Shown one piece after another: positions 57,420-64,000 of a stretch of DNA of 64,000 nucleotides. Source of the DNA: Octopus vulgaris. Taxonomy: Eukaryota. The stretch lies in the NCBI GenBank assembly GCA_951406725.2, contig OX597821.1, positions 112,034,001-112,098,000 on the forward strand. Direction: 5' to 3'. The translations under genes and the position numbers were made by a program. The notes beneath the pieces are model-generated. The model was not told where the DNA came from. It saw only the letters and a program-made list of their open reading frames with translations, and did no database searches. How positions within the stretch are numbered: position 1 is the stretch's first letter; every line of letters starts with the position of its first letter.

Positions 57420-58075
57420 CCACCACCAACACCACAACCAGTACCACCACCAACACCACCACCACCACCACCACCACCACCAACACCACAACCAGTACCA
57501 CCACCACCAACACCACAACCAGTACCACCACCAACACCACCACAACCAGTACCACCACCAACACCACAACCAGTACCACCACCACCAACACCACAACCAG
57601 TACCACCACCAACACCACAACCAGTACCACCACCAACACCACCACAACCAGTACCACCACCAACACCACAACCAGTACCACCACCAACACCACAACCAGT
57701 ACCACCACCAACACCACAACCAGTACCACCACCACCAACACCACAACCAGTACCACCACCAACACCACAACCAGTACCACCACCACCAACACCACAACCA
57801 GTACCACCACCAACACCACAACCAGTACCACCACCAACACCACAACCAGTACCACCACCAACACCACAACCAGTACCACCACCAACACCACAACCAGTAC
57901 CACTACCAACATCAACAACAGCACTATCACCAATTTCCACCACCTATTCTACAATTCATACTATCATCATCATCACCATCACAACCAGTTTCATCATAAC
58001 CACTACCACAACCAGTACCACCACCAACACCACAACCAGTACCACCACCAACACCACAACCAGTACCACCACCAA
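57420..58075. repeat. 24-bp minisatellite (ACCACCACCAACACCACAACCAGT), about 19 plus 3 copies
   Basis: Direct periodicity; length variants differ by CCA triplets. Confidence 0.95.
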
Positions 58076-58635
58076 CATCCACAACAGCACTATACTACCA
58101 CCACCACCACCACCACCACCACCACCCATTATCTTCACCATAGCCAATTCCAACACCACTACTACCACCACCACCACCACCACCACCACCACCCATTATC
58201 TTCACCATAGCCAATTCCAACACCACTACTACCACCACCACCACCACCACCACTACCATCGTCATCCAGAAACATTTTATTATAATCGTTAGCAACAATG
58301 GCAACAAGAGGTAGCAGTGACAGAAACAAGAAGAATGCAAATCTATTGCAAAAATAATGCAAAATGATGCAAAAAGCCGCTGCCATCATCATTGTGGTCG
58401 TTCTCCGTTGAAACAACAAGAATAATAAATAAAAGAATGGAATCTACCCAAAGAGACTCAAAGAATGAGAAGATAAGAGGAAGTTGCTAACAATAGCAAC
58501 GACGACAAGAATAACACAAGAGTAGGTAGCAACAAGGAGAACAATAGCAACGATGAGTCAATGAGGGGGTGTGCCACTAGGTGGATGCACAGTCTGCTAA
58601 AAATAGTAACCAAATTTCTTTTCAATTATACCAGT

Positions 58636-58864
58636 TTCTTTACTACCCGCAAGGGGCTAAACACAGAGAGGACAAACAAGGACAGACAAATGGATTAAGT
58701 CGATTATATCGACCTCAGTGCGTAACTGGTACTTAATTTATCGACCCCGAAAGGATGAAAGGCAAAGTCGACCTCGGCGGAATTTGAACTCAGAACGTAG
58801 CGACGGGCGAAATACTGCTAAGCATTTCGCCCGGCACACTAACGATTCTGCCAGCTCGCCGCCT
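58636..58864 (-). mobile_element. SINE family A, full copy
   Basis: Near-identical reverse complement of 41289-41511. Confidence 0.85.
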
Positions 58865-59129
58865 TCAATTATAATTTCTTTTCAATTATACCTTACGGCA
58901 GTGGTTCTTAACCAAGGTCCATATAACAGTTTTGGGGGTCCACAAGCAATATAGTATTTTAGGGGTCAATGGAAACATTTTGCTTTAACTGTAGATCTTT
59001 TTTCTCTAACACTCAATAGAATTCAACAAGTTTCCAGCCAGTAAAATAAGAACTCATTTGCATAAAATAAGGCACAGGGGTCCACACAGGCAATGTAGTA
59101 AGTTGGAGCTTCATAACAGTATTTTAGGG

Positions 59130-59477
59130 ATATTAGTTACATTATTTACATTTGACGGATATTTGTTCTCATCTTGTCTGTTGTTAACATGTTTTGGCTG
59201 ATATACCCTCCAGCCTTATGGCGTAGTTGTTAAGAGTGCGGGCTACTAACCCCATGATTCTGAGTTTGATTCTAGGCAATGACCTGAATAATAATAATAA
59301 CATTGAAAAATACCTTAGGAATGAGAACCCAGGTTCGAAATTTCCCCAAGACACCTGATGAAGGCTGGAGGGTATATCAGCTGAAACGTTGTGTTAACAA
59401 CAAACAAGATGAGGACAAATATCTGTCAAATGTAAATAATATACATAAGTCCTCATCTCTTAAATATAGAATTGCTA
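59130..59477 (+). mobile_element. Family D copy with a 5' inverted partial tail (PLE-type architecture) and a candidate 10-bp TSD
   Basis: 59138-59218 is an inverted copy of 59361-59445. The tRNA-like head starts at ~59218. TATTTTAGGG occurs at 59120-59129 and 59478-59487. Confidence 0.75.
59350..59395 (+). ncRNA. Minimal type I hammerhead ribozyme-like motif (PLE-type)
   Basis: GACAC-CUGAUGA-A-GGCUG(loop)CAGCU-GAAAC-GUU-GUGUU. Stem I is GACAC/GUGUU, the core boxes are intact and stem II is present. The palindrome AACGUU replaces stem III. Confidence 0.7.
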
Positions 59478-60586
59478 TATTTTAGGGGTCCATGGAAAAA
59501 TGTTGCTGTAACTGTTGCTATTGTAAGAAAAAAGTAGGTTTCTTTCTCCAACATATTTCCAGCCATTACATCATCATCATCGTTTAATGTCCATTTTCCA
59601 TGCTGGCATGGGTTGGACAGTTTGACTGGGGTCTGGAAAGCCAGGAGGCTGCACCAGGCTCCAGTCTGATCTGGCAGTGTTCCAACAGCTGGATGCCTTT
59701 GCTAACACCAACCACTCCGAGAGTGTAGTGGGTGCTTTTTACATGCCACCGGCACAGAAGCCAGAGTGGGGGGTTGTGGGGGACCCAGCTTCGACCATGA
59801 ATTCATTTGCATTAAAGAGAGCATTGCCATTGTTTATTATCTCAGAGGATCCTTAGGGATCTCTCTAAGAAGCGTTTGGGTCTTAGAGAATGCTTCTTCA
59901 GACTCTGTAATTGTAGATATCTAAGAAAACATGATAATATATGGCTGAAATGTCTTTCATCATAGGTCTACTTGATCAGAGCTTGCCGCCGCCACCACCA
60001 TCACCACCACCACCTCTACCACCATCACCACAAACGGCATTACCAAGAGTTTCTTACGTGTTTATCCATCTCACCCCCACACTATGATATCATAGAATAA
60101 GTTTCTTGAGTGATTTATATATAATTAGAGAACGCTTTGATGTGTATGTGCGTCTGAGGCAGCGGCGGGGGAGGAGGATGACATCGGAATAGGAAGAGAA
60201 CGTACCGTATTGATTGGAGAAGGCTGAAACTAGAGAGAGAGAGAGAGAGAGATGTAGGTTTAAGATCAAATATAAAGCGAGAGATAAAAGATAGGAACAC
60301 TTGATTGAATGAAATGAAGTTTCTCTTATGGACAGCATTGCCAAAGGTGACAGAGTAGTAGCAGTAGCAACATTAGAAGTAGTAGTAGCAGCAGCAGTAG
60401 CATTAGAAGTAGTAGCAGTAGTAGTAGTAGTAGTAGCAGTTGTAGTAGTAGTAGTATATAGTGGTAGTGGTGGTAGGAGCTGAGTCACAGTGCCAGTCAG
60501 TTGTTGCTATTTAGTCCCTGGTTGGCCACATGTATGCATGTATACACACACACACACACACACACACATGTATGTATGTATATTTG

Positions 60587-60624
<38 letters not shown>

Positions 60625-60753
60625 CATACATATGTCCACACATATATACATGTATATACACACACACACATATATATATATATATACACACATATCAACA
60701 CATAATATGTATACATATATACATATATACAAACACACACATATAATATATAC

Positions 60754-60813
<60 letters not shown>

Positions 60814-61134
60814 GCATACATATACATATACACACAAATACACATCTACACACACACAGAGCAACAGATAAACTGCAGCTATTATGCACCATGCCGACCC
60901 TGCCATTGAAATTTGTTTATTCACCAAGATGAAAATTGGAAGAGATTAAGATTAAGATAAAGATTAGGTATATATAATCTGTGCGATCATGATTCAGCTA
61001 GCTGCATCCATCAATATTGCAAGATGCAACTAGTTTGATGGGTGCACTGATTAGAAGATGCAGAGTGCATAAAGTGGATGTACTTTTCTACTAGTGCAGC
61101 ATCAATAACAGTATTTATACATCATCATCATCAA

Positions 61135-61516
61135 GTGGAGGCGCAATGGCCCAGTGGTTAGAGCAGCGGACTCGCGGTTGGAGGATCACAGTTTCGATTC
61201 CCAGTCCGGGCGGTGTGTGTGTGTTTATTGAGCGAAAAATCCCTAAAGCTCCACGAGGCTCCGGCAGGAGGTGGTGGTGACCCCTGCTGTACTCTTTTGC
61301 TCCAACTTTCTCTCACTCTTTCTTCCTGTTTCCTGTCCCCGACTTCCTACGCAACCGCTGAGCCTGGATGCGCACTCATCCATCCGTCGATGCTCTCGGT
61401 GTCAGGGGTTGACCTGCTTTTTCTTCTGCGGGTCTTACGAATAGCAAAGGACCACGTTTCGGACTTCTCCCACTAATGGGACAAAGACCGCTTCGCTCAA
61501 CAAACAAACAAACAAA
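61135..61516 (+). mobile_element. GC-rich tRNA-derived SINE with a (CAAA)n tail, inserted in the (CAT)n tail of a family C element
   Basis: TGGCCCAGTGGTTAGAG A box, GTTTCGATTCCC B box, (CAAA)n end and (CAT)n on both flanks. Confidence 0.7.
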
Positions 61517-62501
61517 TCATCATCATCATCATGATCGTTTAACATCTGATTTCCATGCTGGCATGGGTTGGACGGTTTGACTGAGGACTGGTGAGCCAGA
61601 AGGCTGCACCAGGCTCCAATCTGATCTGGCAGGGTTTCTACAGCTTGATGTCATTCCTAATGCCAACCACTCCAAGAGTATAGTGGATGCTTTTTATGTG
61701 CCACTGGCACAGGACCATTTAGGCGACACTGGCATTGACCTCATTTATATGGTGCCTTTTATGTCTCACTGGCATGGGAGCCAGTTTGGAGAACCCGGCA
61801 TCGACCACATCTGTATGGTGCATTTTAAGTGTCGCTAGCATGGGAGCCAGTCCAGTGGGACTAGCAACGACCAAGCTCAAATGGTGCTTTTTATGTGCCA
61901 CTGGCATGGGAGCCAATCAGGCAGCACTGGCAACGACCATGCTGGAATGGTGCTTTTTATGTGTCACCAGCACGGGAGCCAGTCTGGTGGGACTAGCATT
62001 GACTATGTTCGAATGGTGCTCTTTACATACCACCAACACGGGTACCAACTATGAATAATAATGATATCAAATTTTGGCACAAGGCCAGCAATTTCGGGAG
62101 GGGGGAGTAAGTTGATTACATCAACCCCAGAATTTTACTGGTACTTATTTTATCAAAAGCAAAGTTGATTTTGGCAAAAGTTGAACTCAAAGCATCAAAT
62201 GGACAAAACTTCGTTAAGCATTTTGTCAGGCATGATAATTCTACCAGTTTGCCTCCATTAATAATAATAATAATAACAATAATAATAATAGTTTCAAATT
62301 TTGGCACAAGGGCAGCAATTTCAGGGGAGGGGGTAAGTTGATTATATTGACCCCGGTGTGTAACTGGTATTATCAACCCTGAAAGGATGAAAGGCAAAGT
62401 TGACCACAGCGGAATTTGAACTCAGAAGTTAGCAATGGGTGAAATACCTATAAGCATTCCGTCCAGTGTGCTAACAATTTTGCCAGCTTGCCACCTTAAC
62501 G

Positions 62502-62542
<41 letters not shown>

Positions 62543-64000
62543 AATAATAAAAATGATGAAGATGATGATAATAATAATAATGATGATAATAATAATAATG
62601 ATGATGATGATAATAATAATGATAATAATAATAATAATCCCTTCTACTGGAAGCACAAGGCTTCAAATTTTTGGGGGAAGGGATTAAGTCAATTACATCG
62701 ACCCCAGTGTGTAACTGGCACTTATGTGGATCTAGACCAAGGGTAGATGAAATGGAGAGGGCACTTGCTCTAGAGGTCAGAGTGATCATGATGTTTGTGA
62801 GGTTTTCATGGGTAGCCCTTGGAAGTCTCCTTCTTTTGGGGTCCTGAGCCATCCCCAACGTTTTACATGAACCCTTACTGGTGAATAGAGTAAGGATTAC
62901 CAGTGTTATTATTATCATTATCATTATTATGATAAGAACTACAGTCTAAGAATGATACAGTACGGTAGTTCCTGCACTTTGGTCCTTTCCCTTTACGCAT
63001 TGAAATCCCACTCCGACCCCTATAACACCCCACCCCCATCCACCCTGGCCATTCTTCATCATTGATGTCAACTTTGAATTTTATTCCTCTGGAAATTGAG
63101 GAATTAAACACCAATCAGATACTACCAGTTTGATTTAATTAACTACATACCTCCTCCACTCCACTCCCAACAAACCTCGTTTGCTAATTTGTAACCTCAT
63201 ACCAACGCTGCTAATCAATACAATTATAATAACTATGCCGAACGCATACATACATACATACACATAAGTATACACACATACATACACACACACACACATA
63301 TATATATATAGATAGATATATACATACACATTAATACATACAAGCACACATACATATATATATATATATAGATATATATACACACCAATACATACAAGCA
63401 TACATACACATATATACCTGTACACACAAACACGCACACATATACTTATACACACAATTACACACACATATATACACTCCACTACAACAGTCCACAGAAT
63501 CTGGACACAGTAACCGAAGAACGGAATAAATCACAAGACCAATTTCTAGATCTGTATTGAGCACTTATCTTGGACTATGAATGATATAATTAACAAGTGA
63601 AGAAGCATCGTTAATGTCTGTGTGGATGTCATCTGTGATTTAATTCCTTGACGGAACTGCAATCAATAAATCATCGATGGTTATATCGTTAATGTGACAC
63701 CTGTATATGATCTATAGTTTACCTGAGTAATGTTACCAACCAGAACACATCGATACCTGCCAAGTATAAACTCTTGCCAAATATGTGAAGATAATTCAGC
63801 AGAAATTCGACATTATGCTAAGTAAACTATCCCGGCACTTGTTGTGATAAATATTTAAGGGCTGCTATCATCTTGTTAGCTGCTCCCATCTATATTTGGA
63901 TCCCAAATGCCATTATATTTTATTGATTCGTTCCATAAATATCTGAATTCTGCCGTCATTTTATTGGCAGCTCCTGTACGTATCTGTGTAGCATCTCAGT

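Noticed and set aside
57305-57999. Gly/Cys-rich (GTGCGVGG)n and His-rich (HHQHHNQY)n ORFs resembling structural proteins or a glypican Ser-Gly region
   Set aside because: This is a minisatellite open in several frames with no silent-site variation or clear splice sites. It lies upstream of the CWNG exon, so it cannot be the heparan-sulfate attachment region.

Overview
This window is AT-rich eukaryotic genomic DNA dominated by (TA)n/(CA)n/(AAT)n/(CAT)n microsatellites and short interspersed repeats. The repeat families look like those of Octopus (a coleoid cephalopod); this is recognition from memory, not a database result. Almost all ORFs in the supplied track are microsatellite or SINE artefacts. 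I found one convincing host exon: a 263-bp minus-strand internal exon (36435-36697) encoding the C...C...CWNG segment of a glypican, probably of the GPC3/GPC5/Dally type. The rest of the window is therefore most likely two very large introns. They contain several tRNA-derived SINE families, an RTE-like repeat with internal minisatellites, two non-autonomous Helitrons, TTAA (piggyBac-type) MITEs, a long-TIR foldback element, an R4/Dong LINE 3' fragment and many Penelope-like element (PLE) remnants. The most interesting signal is about nine hammerhead-ribozyme-like motifs in several PLE-type families. One family places a tRNA-like Pol III head between the GIY-YIG ORF stop codon and a minimal hammerhead, and its short copies start at or near the tRNA 5' end. 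This suggests a PLE-derived, ribozyme-bearing SINE-like system. Repeat boundaries were read by eye and are approximate.
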